Assembly (NCBI GenBank): GCA_028695145.1
Contig: JAQVJP010000002.1
Location: 1-63,893, forward strand
Direction of reading: 5' to 3'
DNA: 63,893 nt
Origin: Eubacteriales bacterium
GTDB taxonomy: Bacteria; Bacillota; Clostridia; Saccharofermentanales; UBA5734
The notes beneath the pieces are model-generated. The model had not been told where the DNA came from. It saw only the letters and a list, made by a program, of their open reading frames with translations, and ran no database searches. Below, one piece after another: positions 40,010-49,187 of the stretch. Numbering within the stretch: the stretch's first letter is position 1; the number at the start of each line of letters is the position of its first letter. The position numbers were made by a program, and so were the translations under genes.

Positions 40010-40038
40010 ATTGTAACATGATATTTTGCTGCTGACAA
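40010..40038 (-). promoter_or_regulatory. Sigma-A promoter of rpsB-tsf
   Basis: TTGTCA-N17-TACAAT with extended -10 TG. Confidence 0.75.
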
Positions 40039-40110
40039 GTAGCTAAGACAGTCTGTTCTGATATATAATGGTAACAAATCCCAATATCAAGCCAGATAAG
40101 GAGAATAACT

Positions 40111-41949
40111 ATGATTTCAAGACAATTGGAGAAGTTCGCGACGAAATATGATTGGCGCAGACATCAGGAACAAGATGGTGAAATAAGTCTGTTCGGCGAG
40201 TTCAACGGTTTTCTTTTTACAGCAATGGAAGGCCGGGGTTTCAAAGCCTTCTTCACTCCCGTTGCCGGTATATCAAATGATGGTCTATCCGGCCTAAGAA
40301 GCTGGCTTGATAATAACATTAAAAACATGCGTCTGAGAAACTACGAGTTGTCTGACAATTTTCTGTGTATTCGTTTACAGGAAAATTGGAAACCACGTTC
40401 GGTTGAGAATATCGAAACAGTCCTGATTAAGCTTACCGGAAAACTTGATGAACTTAACTTACCGGCGAGAGCATGCGCTATCTGTGGACAACCAGCGGAA
40501 AAGAGCGGGCTATATGTTGGTCTGTTCTGTTATCTGCATCCGGAATGCCAGAGCAAACCGGGGCGGGATTATACCAACTCGGCCAAACACAGTGATGGTA
40601 ATTATTCTGATAATATCCCATCAGCTGAAGTTATCAGTAGATTGGCAAAATCAATGGATATGTATCGAAATCAAATAATTGAAACATTGAGTGAAATATG
40701 CCGTATTCCCAGCGTCAAAGGCACATCTGAACCTGATGCTCCATATGGACGGGCAACCGCGGATGTTTTACATAAATTCCTATCAATTGCTGAAGATCTT
40801 GGTTTTAAAACGGTCAATCTTGATAATCGCGCCGGTTACATTGAATGGGGCAGCGGTTCAAGCCTGACAGCTGCTTTATGTCATCTGGATGTTGTACCAG
40901 CCGGACAGGGATGGACGAGCGAGCCTTTTGATGTCACACGAGACGCGGACTTCCTGGTCGGACGCGGCACTGTAGATGACAAAGGACCTGCATCAGCTGT
41001 TCTCTATGCCATGCTGGCACTAAAAGAAGAAGGATTTAAACCTGATAGACGTATACGTCTAATTGTAGGGCTTGATGAAGAAAATGGCAGTGATTGCATG
41101 GAATGGTATGCAACTCACGAAGAATTGCCGGCAAACGGCTTTACCGCTGACGCTTCCTTCCCTGTAATCTTTGCCGAGAAAGGTATAGTACAGGTAACAC
41201 TCAGCATGAATGAAAAACAAGACGAAACTGATACACTGCAGTTAATAAGCGCAAATGCCGGCGCTGCAGCTAATATGGTACCAGGTTCATTTGAGGCAAT
41301 TCTATCTAATCACGAGCCCTTACTCGTTACAGGACGGCAGGCACATGCCAGCAAACCCGAGGAAGGTGAAAACGCGATTATTAAAGGTGTGTACGCGTTA
41401 CAGAGGGAACTTCATACCACAGCTTCGCATCACCCATTTGTATCTGCTTTCACAATCATGTTCCCTGAGGATCAGCCAGGGTCTGTAAATGATTTCTTAA
41501 TTGCTGATGATTATGGCGATTTAACGGTAAACCCGGGATTGCTCACCGTTGATAGCGAGGGTGCCTCTTTGACACTTGATATAAGATATCCTGTTACCGC
41601 TGATTTTGAAAATGATCTGAAGAAGCCTTTTGAGCAGTTAGCAGCTCAGGCAGGATTTACCTGCAGCTGGGATAAGCATCTCAAACCATTACTGCTTGAA
41701 CCGGAATCTGAACTTGTAGGAACACTAAGTCACGTTTATCAGGTCATGACTGAGACAATAGCCAGTCCGGAAGCAATCGGCGGAGGAACATACGCAAGAG
41801 CCATATCAAACATCGTGGCATTTGGTCCGGCTTTTCCCGGTGATGATGATGTTTGCCATCAAGCCGACGAAAAAATCGCGACAGATCGTTTGATCGCTGC
41901 ATCAGCCATATACCGTGAAGCGCTCAGAGCTTTGAGCACAGTTAACTGA
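40111..41949 (+). CDS. M20 dipeptidase (PepV/Sapep-like) fused to an uncharacterised N-terminal domain with a Cys/His Zn-finger motif
   Basis: C-terminal ~440 aa: HLDVVP, GRGTVDDKGP, DEE, GGGTYAR, HQADE; N-terminal ~165 aa ends in C-x2-C-x14-C-x2-H-x2-C; SD AAGGAG. Confidence 0.85.
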   Translation: MISRQLEKFATKYDWRRHQEQDGEISLFGEFNGFLFTAMEGRGFKAFFTPVAGISNDGLSGLRSWLDNNIKNMRLRNYELSDNFLCIRLQENWKPRSVENIETVLIKLTGKLDELNLPARACAICGQPAEKSGLYVGLFCYLHPECQSKPGRDYTNSAKHSDGNYSDNIPSAEVISRLAKSMDMYRNQIIETLSEICRIPSVKGTSEPDAPYGRATADVLHKFLSIAEDLGFKTVNLDNRAGYIEWGSGSSLTAALCHLDVVPAGQGWTSEPFDVTRDADFLVGRGTVDDKGPASAVLYAMLALKEEGFKPDRRIRLIVGLDEENGSDCMEWYATHEELPANGFTADASFPVIFAEKGIVQVTLSMNEKQDETDTLQLISANAGAAANMVPGSFEAILSNHEPLLVTGRQAHASKPEEGENAIIKGVYALQRELHTTASHHPFVSAFTIMFPEDQPGSVNDFLIADDYGDLTVNPGLLTVDSEGASLTLDIRYPVTADFENDLKKPFEQLAAQAGFTCSWDKHLKPLLLEPESELVGTLSHVYQVMTETIASPEAIGGGTYARAISNIVAFGPAFPGDDDVCHQADEKIATDRLIAASAIYREALRALSTVN

Positions 41950-41965
41950 TTTTAAAGAGGTACTG

Positions 41966-43105
41966 ATGAAAAACCTGCCAGTTCTCTACACAGATCGATT
42001 GCAGCTAAATATTTTGAGCGATCGTCACGCTGCAAAAGTATTGAATTATTATCGTGGAAACCGTAGTTTCCATCAGCCCTGGTTTTCCGCCAGGCCTGAT
42101 TCAATTTTTACAATTGAGCAGCAGAGTCGAAATCTAAGAGTAGAATATGATGACTTCAACCGCGGTCGTGCTCTCCCCTTCTGGCTGTCATTGCGCAGCG
42201 AGCCTGAAACTATCATTGGGAGATTCGCTTTGACAAACATAATTCAAGGCAGCTTCAGGTCAGCTATTGCCAGCTGGCATCTGGATCATCGTCATACCGG
42301 TCGAGGTTATGCGCTTGAAGCCGGACAAGAAGCTATGCAGGCTGCCTGGAGAGACTATAAACTGCACCGGATCGAAGCAAATATACTCCCACATAACAGC
42401 AACTCCATCAAACTTGCCCAAAATCTTGGTTTTGGGCTCGCCGGCATTGAAAACAGATATCTTGAAATCAATGGGGTATGGGAAGATCATCTGCATTTTG
42501 TCGCATTGTCAGATGGACCATATCACAGTGACGCTGCTATACCTGAAATAACCGGAAACCAAGTGCTGATACGCTCCTTGTGTCCAAAAGATACTGAAAC
42601 ACTTGTCGATTATTTTACGAGAAATCAAAACCATCTTGGCGCATATAATCCTGCATTACCTGAAGAGCTAATGACAATAAAATATTGGCAAAAGCAACTG
42701 ATGCACCGTCAGCTTGACTCAGCTCAAGGTCGTGCCATAAATCTGGGAATTTTCCTAAAAGACCGTCCCAATAAACTAATTGGCTGCATAGATCTCAGAG
42801 ATGTGCTAAAAGCACCCTACAACTGCTGTGAACTTGGCTATTCTCTGGACCAGAACCTAACAGGCCATGGTCTGATGCTGGAAGCTTTGAGTATAACACT
42901 TGGCTGGATATTCAGTCACCTCAATATCAATCGTGTCCATGCTCGTTATCTTCCAGAAAACACCCGCAGCGAAAGAGTTCTCAGCATGCTCGGCTTCAAG
43001 CGCGAGGGACTGCAAAGGCAAGGGCTGGTAACAACTAATGGCCCCCGAGATCTTGTACTCTCCGGAATACTGGCAGACGAGTTTTGTTGGATCGAACAAC
43101 CATGA
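41966..43105 (+). CDS. Tandem (two-domain) RimJ/RimL-like GNAT acetyltransferase
   Basis: Two copies of the RimJ pattern: TGRGYA...HRIEANILPHNSNS...LGF and TGHGLM...NRVHARYLPENTRS...LGFKREG. Confidence 0.88.
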   Translation: MKNLPVLYTDRLQLNILSDRHAAKVLNYYRGNRSFHQPWFSARPDSIFTIEQQSRNLRVEYDDFNRGRALPFWLSLRSEPETIIGRFALTNIIQGSFRSAIASWHLDHRHTGRGYALEAGQEAMQAAWRDYKLHRIEANILPHNSNSIKLAQNLGFGLAGIENRYLEINGVWEDHLHFVALSDGPYHSDAAIPEITGNQVLIRSLCPKDTETLVDYFTRNQNHLGAYNPALPEELMTIKYWQKQLMHRQLDSAQGRAINLGIFLKDRPNKLIGCIDLRDVLKAPYNCCELGYSLDQNLTGHGLMLEALSITLGWIFSHLNINRVHARYLPENTRSERVLSMLGFKREGLQRQGLVTTNGPRDLVLSGILADEFCWIEQP

Positions 43106-43153
43106 CTTCGATTTTCCGCGGATCTATAACCCACATATCTATACCCTGCAGGT

Positions 43154-43960
43154 CTATAACCGTGATATCTTGTTGAGAAGCGCAGACATGAAAGGCTCAT
43201 CATTTGGTGGCAGAACATCATTGGCTGCGCTCTTAACTGTGTCCGATGCCTGCCCCATAGCATAAGCATAGTCTGCGGTCTTGAACATTTCCAAATCATT
43301 TTCCTGATCACCAACCGCGATAATTTTTTTGGGCTCCTGACATATAGTCTGAAGCTGCTGCTTCAATCTACTCAGTGCGCTTCCTTTGGATACACCTGCT
43401 GCCATAATATCAAGAAGAGTCGGATATGAGCACGTTGAGCTTAGATGTTCACCAAATTCATTGATTATCCTATTTTTTGGTATTTGTAACTGCTCAAGCG
43501 ACCCAACAAACAGTATTTTATAAGTTTTCTCTGGAAATTCAGACATACCTCTGGTTGGATAGTCCTTATAAAAATCTGGCATTACCTCCGGGTCAGCCGG
43601 CTGACGCATTATCAGCGCCCCATTATCTGTGACAGCAATCAAACCAAGTTCAGGATAATTATCAGCTATCTCAAGCAGCATTTTCTGAGCCACACCCGGC
43701 AGAAGTGTCTGGTCAATAACCTGACCCCTTACAGGATCAAATATCTGTGCTCCATTCACAAGTATCAATGGCAGCGTAAGCGGCAGAATTGGGGCATACT
43801 CACCAAGCGCATGCCATTCACGGCCTGTGGCCAGTGTAAAACAGCCGCCCTGACTGATAAACTCTTCAATCATTCTTATGTTCTGCTCAAATATTTCATG
43901 TGCAGGATTAAGTAGTGTACCATCCATATCACTGACAAGCAGGACTTCGTTAAATTTCAT
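43154..43960 (-). CDS. Cof-type HAD-IIB hydrolase
   Basis: DMDGTLL, ATGR, SKG, GDQENDLEM. Confidence 0.93.
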   Translation of the reverse strand: MKFNEVLLVSDMDGTLLNPAHEIFEQNIRMIEEFISQGGCFTLATGREWHALGEYAPILPLTLPLILVNGAQIFDPVRGQVIDQTLLPGVAQKMLLEIADNYPELGLIAVTDNGALIMRQPADPEVMPDFYKDYPTRGMSEFPEKTYKILFVGSLEQLQIPKNRIINEFGEHLSSTCSYPTLLDIMAAGVSKGSALSRLKQQLQTICQEPKKIIAVGDQENDLEMFKTADYAYAMGQASDTVKSAANDVLPPNDEPFMSALLNKISRL

Positions 43961-43987
43961 AATCTCGTTTCACTCTCCAGATTCTGC

Positions 43988-44023
43988 AAAAAACAAGGGA
44001 GCTTGTTTTACAACAGGCTCCCT
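43988..44023 (-). terminator. Intrinsic terminator after ispH-S1
   Basis: AGGGAGCCTGTT-GTAA-AACAAGCTCCCT followed by TGTTTTTT. Confidence 0.8.
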
Positions 44024-44078
44024 CTTGATATTTAATTTGATCGGTCTAATTATTTCTGGTCAGCTGCTTATTACTAAA

Positions 44079-46226
44079 TTAAGCCTCTGGCTGCTCTTCT
44101 TCCTGCTGAGGAATCTCTTCTTCCTGCTGAGGAATCTCGAGTTCACCGGAAGGAGCATTAAACTGATCCTGTTCTGATACATAAGTCTCGTTCGCTTCTT
44201 CAGACGACTGAGCGTTCTCATCCATTTCAGTAACCGGATTGATAGGCTCAACTTCTTTGATACTAATGCTGATGCGGCGATTCTCGTTACTTACTTCGAG
44301 GACTCTTGCGTCAATTTCCATACCCTCAGCCAGAACATCATTCGGCTTCACCAGGCGAACATCAGAAATCTGTGAGATGTGACACAGAGCATCAACACCT
44401 GGAGCGATCTCAACAAACGCACCGAATGGGAACATACGCACAACGATACCGCGCACGATTGATCCAACCGGGAATCTGCTCTCAACATCATGATAAGGAT
44501 CATCTTCAGGACGCTTATATCCAAGTGATATACGCTTCTTTTCCGAATCAAAATCCTTAACAAATACGTTAATCTCATCACCAACGTTAACAACTTCTGA
44601 TGGATGGCGAATGCGATTCCATGAAAGCTCGCTGACATGTACTAAACCATCAACACCACCGATATCAACAAAAGCGCCAAAATCTGTCAAGCTGCGTACA
44701 ATTCCATTGTACTCTTTACCAACTTCAATTGATGCCCAGACCTCTTCTGCCTTCTCACGGCGCAGTGCGCTCAGCAGCGCACGCCTTGAACCGGATACAC
44801 GCAGTCTCTTCTTATCGGGATCATACTGTGTGATCATTATTTCCAGAGTCTGTCCCTTGTATGGTTCAAGATCATTTACCATACTCATTTCAAGCTGTGT
44901 TCTGTGGATATAGATATCTACACCGCCATAAGTCGCAATCACACCATCTTTTACAGTATTGATTACCTTGACGGTTACAGGCTCTTTATTCTGATAGGCT
45001 TCTTCAATCAGCGCCTTATACTTGCCAAAGTCAACTCTTGCTTTAGATAGCAAAATTTCTTTGCCCATGTCTGAATTGCGGATACTGCGAACATATACGT
45101 CAATTTCAGTATGCTCCTGAATTGCCTGATCCAAATCAAAATCCGGATCGCCGTCAAACTCATGGCGAGGAATCCTTCCTTCTGACTTATCACGTACATC
45201 CACATAAACGTAGTCGCTGTCATATCTGACGATCACACCTTTAACGGTAGCGCCTCTCTTAAGTTGTGGAATGCTGTCGATAAAGTCAGAAAAACTAACA
45301 TCAACTTGCTCCTGCTGGTTTTCAAAAACCTCGTTCTCAGTCATTGCTTGGATAACCTCCCTGATTATGCGTTCTGGCGTAGATGCACCTGCTGTCACTC
45401 CGACGGTCAAATCCCTCAGTTGTCGATTACTCATAACCTTCAGGACGTCATTCGGTTGCTCTATCAAATACGTCTCACCACATCGACTCTTACAAACATC
45501 AAAAAGCTTCATAGTGTTCGAACTGCCCTTGCTGCCGATTACCAGCATCACGTCAACATCCGAAGCAATCTTCTCAGCTTCATTTTGTCTATTTTCAGTC
45601 GTAATACATATTGTATCAAAAATCTCAAATTTTGCAATTTTATTTTTCAAAATATCACAAATTTCCTGAAATTTCTTCACAGAATATGTAGTTTGCGATA
45701 ACAAAACGTATTTTTCATCGTCAAAAGTCATCTTTTTTGCCTGGTCAGGTGTTTCAATTACTTCACACTTGCCAGGTGCCTCACCCATTATTCCAATGAC
45801 TTCAGGGTGACTTGACGAACCTGCTATTAATACCTTGTTCCCCTTCTGAACAGCTTCCAGAGCCAATTTATGAATTTTGGTAACAAAGGGACAGGTACAA
45901 TCAACAACCTCGCAGTCTTTTGCCTTAAGATCACTAATAATCTCAGGAGGAACGCCGTGCGCTCTAATCATAACGCGACTGCCGGCAGGTATTTCATCTA
46001 TACTATTTACTGTGATCATTCCGCCCTGATTTAATTCAGTAATCACAGTCTGATTGTGAATAAGCTCACCAAGCATATATGTTTTTCTATCTAGTGTGGC
46101 TTCATCATCTGATGCTACATTTTTTGAGACTACCTGGCTCTGTTCATTTATTAAGTCATAGGCCTTGTTAACAGCGTTTCTGACCCCAAAACAAAAACTG
46201 GATGATTTCGCTTCGATAATTTTCAT
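44079..46226 (-). CDS. ispH: Bifunctional HMBPP reductase / ribosomal protein S1 fusion (IspH-RPS1)
   Basis: FCFGV, TCPFV, DTIC cluster cysteines, HN/HG/HPEV, SSN, AGASTP; then four S1 repeats (FGAFVDIGGVDGLVHVSELSW). Confidence 0.96.
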   Translation of the reverse strand: MKIIEAKSSSFCFGVRNAVNKAYDLINEQSQVVSKNVASDDEATLDRKTYMLGELIHNQTVITELNQGGMITVNSIDEIPAGSRVMIRAHGVPPEIISDLKAKDCEVVDCTCPFVTKIHKLALEAVQKGNKVLIAGSSSHPEVIGIMGEAPGKCEVIETPDQAKKMTFDDEKYVLLSQTTYSVKKFQEICDILKNKIAKFEIFDTICITTENRQNEAEKIASDVDVMLVIGSKGSSNTMKLFDVCKSRCGETYLIEQPNDVLKVMSNRQLRDLTVGVTAGASTPERIIREVIQAMTENEVFENQQEQVDVSFSDFIDSIPQLKRGATVKGVIVRYDSDYVYVDVRDKSEGRIPRHEFDGDPDFDLDQAIQEHTEIDVYVRSIRNSDMGKEILLSKARVDFGKYKALIEEAYQNKEPVTVKVINTVKDGVIATYGGVDIYIHRTQLEMSMVNDLEPYKGQTLEIMITQYDPDKKRLRVSGSRRALLSALRREKAEEVWASIEVGKEYNGIVRSLTDFGAFVDIGGVDGLVHVSELSWNRIRHPSEVVNVGDEINVFVKDFDSEKKRISLGYKRPEDDPYHDVESRFPVGSIVRGIVVRMFPFGAFVEIAPGVDALCHISQISDVRLVKPNDVLAEGMEIDARVLEVSNENRRISISIKEVEPINPVTEMDENAQSSEEANETYVSEQDQFNAPSGELEIPQQEEEIPQQEEEQPEA
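44094..44138. repeat. Exact in-frame 21-bp tandem duplication (EIPQQEE x2)
   Basis: CTCTTCTTCCTGCTGAGGAAT twice, plus CTC. Confidence 0.9.
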
Positions 46227-46279
46227 TGTATTACTCCAATACTTAAACTAAAGATCATTTCAATACTTAGAATATACAA

Positions 46280-46957
46280 TTATTCCCGTTCTACCGTAAC
46301 ATTGTACTCAGGCTTGTACTCGAAGCTCGTAAGCGCATAAATTCTGCTCATGACTTCAACCGTCATTTCCAATAATTCCTGTTGATTATATTTTTTTCTG
46401 ATATCAGCATCAAGACGAAATGGTTCACCAATAATTATTTTGGTCTTTCTGAATAATCTGAACCGACCTTCGATCGCTACCGGCAAAATCAAAGCATTAG
46501 TCTTAACGGCGAAATGAGCTATCCCAGATTTCGGAGGTACACGATTTATATCCTCCTGTTTAAGCCTTGTGCCCTGTGGAAACATAGCAACAGGACGGCC
46601 TGCCTGTAAGATGGAAAAAATACCCCTTGCCGCGGTCAAATCAACTCTGTCACGGTCAACAGGTATAGCGCCCATTCTGGGCATAACAAAACCGACAACG
46701 GGCGCGTCAAAAAGTTCTTTCTTGGCAACCCAGTGCAGCCAGCGTTTCAATTTTGTGTGAATAGCGATAATATCTACAATACTTGTATGGTTGGCTGCCA
46801 GTATAAACGCTCCTTCAGGCGGAACATTTTCAATACCGGCAAAAGAAAACCGATAAAAAATTCTTCCAACAAGCCAGAAGAATCCTTTTAACAAAGCTCG
46901 AAATTTTTTATCGCCTTCAATTCTCGGAATAGTTTTCTTCTTTTTCTTAGTGCTCAT
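46280..46957 (-). CDS. plsC: 1-acyl-sn-glycerol-3-phosphate acyltransferase
   Basis: NHTSIVD (HX4D), AKKEL, FPQGTR; between cmk and ispH. Confidence 0.92.
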   Translation of the reverse strand: MSTKKKKKTIPRIEGDKKFRALLKGFFWLVGRIFYRFSFAGIENVPPEGAFILAANHTSIVDIIAIHTKLKRWLHWVAKKELFDAPVVGFVMPRMGAIPVDRDRVDLTAARGIFSILQAGRPVAMFPQGTRLKQEDINRVPPKSGIAHFAVKTNALILPVAIEGRFRLFRKTKIIIGEPFRLDADIRKKYNQQELLEMTVEVMSRIYALTSFEYKPEYNVTVERE

Positions 46958-47673
46958 CTGTTCTGTGCTCCGCTACTATCTTGCTTATTATATTTCTCAG
47001 AGATCTCGTGCGGCAAAATACCAATTTTTTTAGTAATTGTATCTATAACCTGAGAGATTGTTAAATGGGTTGTATCAACAACTATCGCGTCATCAGCCTG
47101 ACGTAGCGGAGCTATCTCACGGCTACTGTCCTGTTTGTCACGATAATTAATATCCTCGATGACTTCTTCAAGGGATGTTTTATTATCACCTGAGGCTCTG
47201 AGCTGCAACAATCTTCTCTGTGCCCTCTCCTCTGTTGACGCAGTCAGAAAAAACTTCCAGGGAGCGTTTGGCAGAACATATGTGCCGATATCGCGGCCAT
47301 CAATTACAAGAGGCTGCGTCTTTGCCAATTGCCGCTGCAGAGTAACCAGATGCAGTCTTACACATTTTAGAGCACTAATATCAGATGCGGCTTTTGACAT
47401 TTCAGGTGTTCTGATCAGATCGCTGACATCTTGATCATCAATATAGACATGCTGACTGCCATGCAAGAAGCGAACATCAAGTTTGGTTTTACATAACATT
47501 TCTTCTACAGCTTTGTCATCGCGCAGTGAAACGTCACTGTTTACAGCTTTCCAACCCATTGCCCGATACATAGCGCCAGTATCCAGATATAATATGTTGT
47601 AATGTTCTGCCACTTTTCGAGCGATGGTACTTTTACCGGCGCCGGCAGGTCCGTCGAGTGCGATAGCAAACAT
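46954..47673 (-). CDS. cmk: Cytidylate kinase
   Basis: DGPAGAGKST, LDTGAMYR, DGRDIGT. Confidence 0.98.
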   Translation of the reverse strand: MFAIALDGPAGAGKSTIARKVAEHYNILYLDTGAMYRAMGWKAVNSDVSLRDDKAVEEMLCKTKLDVRFLHGSQHVYIDDQDVSDLIRTPEMSKAASDISALKCVRLHLVTLQRQLAKTQPLVIDGRDIGTYVLPNAPWKFFLTASTEERAQRRLLQLRASGDNKTSLEEVIEDINYRDKQDSSREIAPLRQADDAIVVDTTHLTISQVIDTITKKIGILPHEISEKYNKQDSSGAQNR

Positions 47674-47688
47674 AACTCATTGATCCTT

Positions 47689-48111
47689 TCAAAATACTCT
47701 GTGTCCAAGCCCTATGGCTATTTCATTCAAATGCAGTAAGCCTATTCCGAAATAAATACAGACACCAACATGATCATCATAGCGGGCAATACCGATTTTC
47801 CCCCCAACATTCAAGCCGATAGCCTTGTTCATGATCTGTGACAGCGCTTCTCTGGCCGCACCAGCCACAGCACCCTCTTCGGCATGAGTGGAACTGATCA
47901 AGCCCTCACGTTTAGCCGCAACTACGGCGCGTTCTATCATTCTGGAAACAGAAGAAATGAATTCGCCACCAAAATCAACGGCAGCTGCTCTGATACCTTC
48001 ATTGGCAAGCGAATCACGAATTTCATATTCCTGCTCGCGGCTCTCTGTCAAGGCCATTCTGATAGCTGCTGTAGCCGCACGTTTACTGCCGGCAGGAATA
48101 TGATCGTTCAT
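47689..48111 (-). CDS. HutP-family protein (clostridial clade)
   Basis: AAVDFGG, ERAVVAAKREG, GGKIGIAR, IGLGHR pattern recalled for HutP-family proteins; 140 aa. Confidence 0.8.
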   Translation of the reverse strand: MNDHIPAGSKRAATAAIRMALTESREQEYEIRDSLANEGIRAAAVDFGGEFISSVSRMIERAVVAAKREGLISSTHAEEGAVAGAAREALSQIMNKAIGLNVGGKIGIARYDDHVGVCIYFGIGLLHLNEIAIGLGHRVF

Positions 48112-49004
48112 TTTAGTATATCCTCCTGAGCGTTGATATCGCCTTTGTCATAAACATCATATTCATCCCAGATATGCTCAAGTTTCTCCAGTGTTTCAAT
48201 AACATGTTCTTGTCGTTTGAAGCCAATTGCCGCGATAAGAGCATTAATAACACTTAGTGGAGCGACAAGGCTGTCGACAAAAGACATCATATCACTTGGA
48301 GCAAGCAGGCTGATGTCAGAATTTTCCGAAACCGGCGATTCTGCTTTATCTGTGATCGCGACAACAGTAGCGCCAGTGGATCTGGCGTATGTCATAGCCT
48401 TGATTGTTCTCTTAGAATATCTGGGGAAACTTATTGCTACAACTACATCACCTTTGCCTACCGGCAGAATCTGTTCAAACATCTCGCTGACGCTTGTTGT
48501 ATGCACTAATCTGATGTTATCAAAAATCAAATTAAAATAAAAACCAAGAAATGAAGCCAGAGGAGCGGCGCTGCGGACACCGAGAATATAGATTCTTCTG
48601 GCAGATAATATGGCATCAACAGCCTGATTAAACTGTTCGCGATCAAGTTTGTCAGATGTTCTGCGTAGTTTCTCAATATCTGATTGCAACACAGCACCAA
48701 GAATATCTTCCCGGCCTGCCAGCTTGAACGAAGCTTTCATCCGCTGAGCGGAGGTTAATCTTACTTTGAGTTCTTCCTGCAACTCCTTCTGGAAATGAGG
48801 ATAGCCTTCAAACCCAAGTTCCATAGCAAATCTAACAACTGTCGATTCACTTACACCGGCTTCTTCGCCGATTCTCGCCGCAGTCAGATACGCTGCCTGC
48901 TCATAATGATTGAGGATAAACGAAGCAATTGACTTCTGCCCCTTGCTCATAGAAGACATCTGCTGACTGATTCTATTCATCAGACTGTTGCTGGTTGAAT
49001 ACAT
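48108..49004 (-). CDS. MurR/RpiR family transcriptional regulator
   Basis: HTH VSESTVVRFA..LGF.G plus SIS domain (ISFPRYS, AITD...SP). Confidence 0.94.
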   Translation of the reverse strand: MYSTSNSLMNRISQQMSSMSKGQKSIASFILNHYEQAAYLTAARIGEEAGVSESTVVRFAMELGFEGYPHFQKELQEELKVRLTSAQRMKASFKLAGREDILGAVLQSDIEKLRRTSDKLDREQFNQAVDAILSARRIYILGVRSAAPLASFLGFYFNLIFDNIRLVHTTSVSEMFEQILPVGKGDVVVAISFPRYSKRTIKAMTYARSTGATVVAITDKAESPVSENSDISLLAPSDMMSFVDSLVAPLSVINALIAAIGFKRQEHVIETLEKLEHIWDEYDVYDKGDINAQEDILK

Positions 49005-49187
49005 GGCCTTACCTTCTCCATTTCAATGTTTAGATAAGTTTATCAGGTTTATGCTGAAAACTCAGTATCTCTTTTAGCAGAATACTACATTTCGTATATC
49101 TGCTGAATGACCAGCCCTCTTCAATAAGAAAGCTGGTCAAACAATAAGTGCAACACTATTTTAATGCAATTTCAGCAGTCAGGCAAA

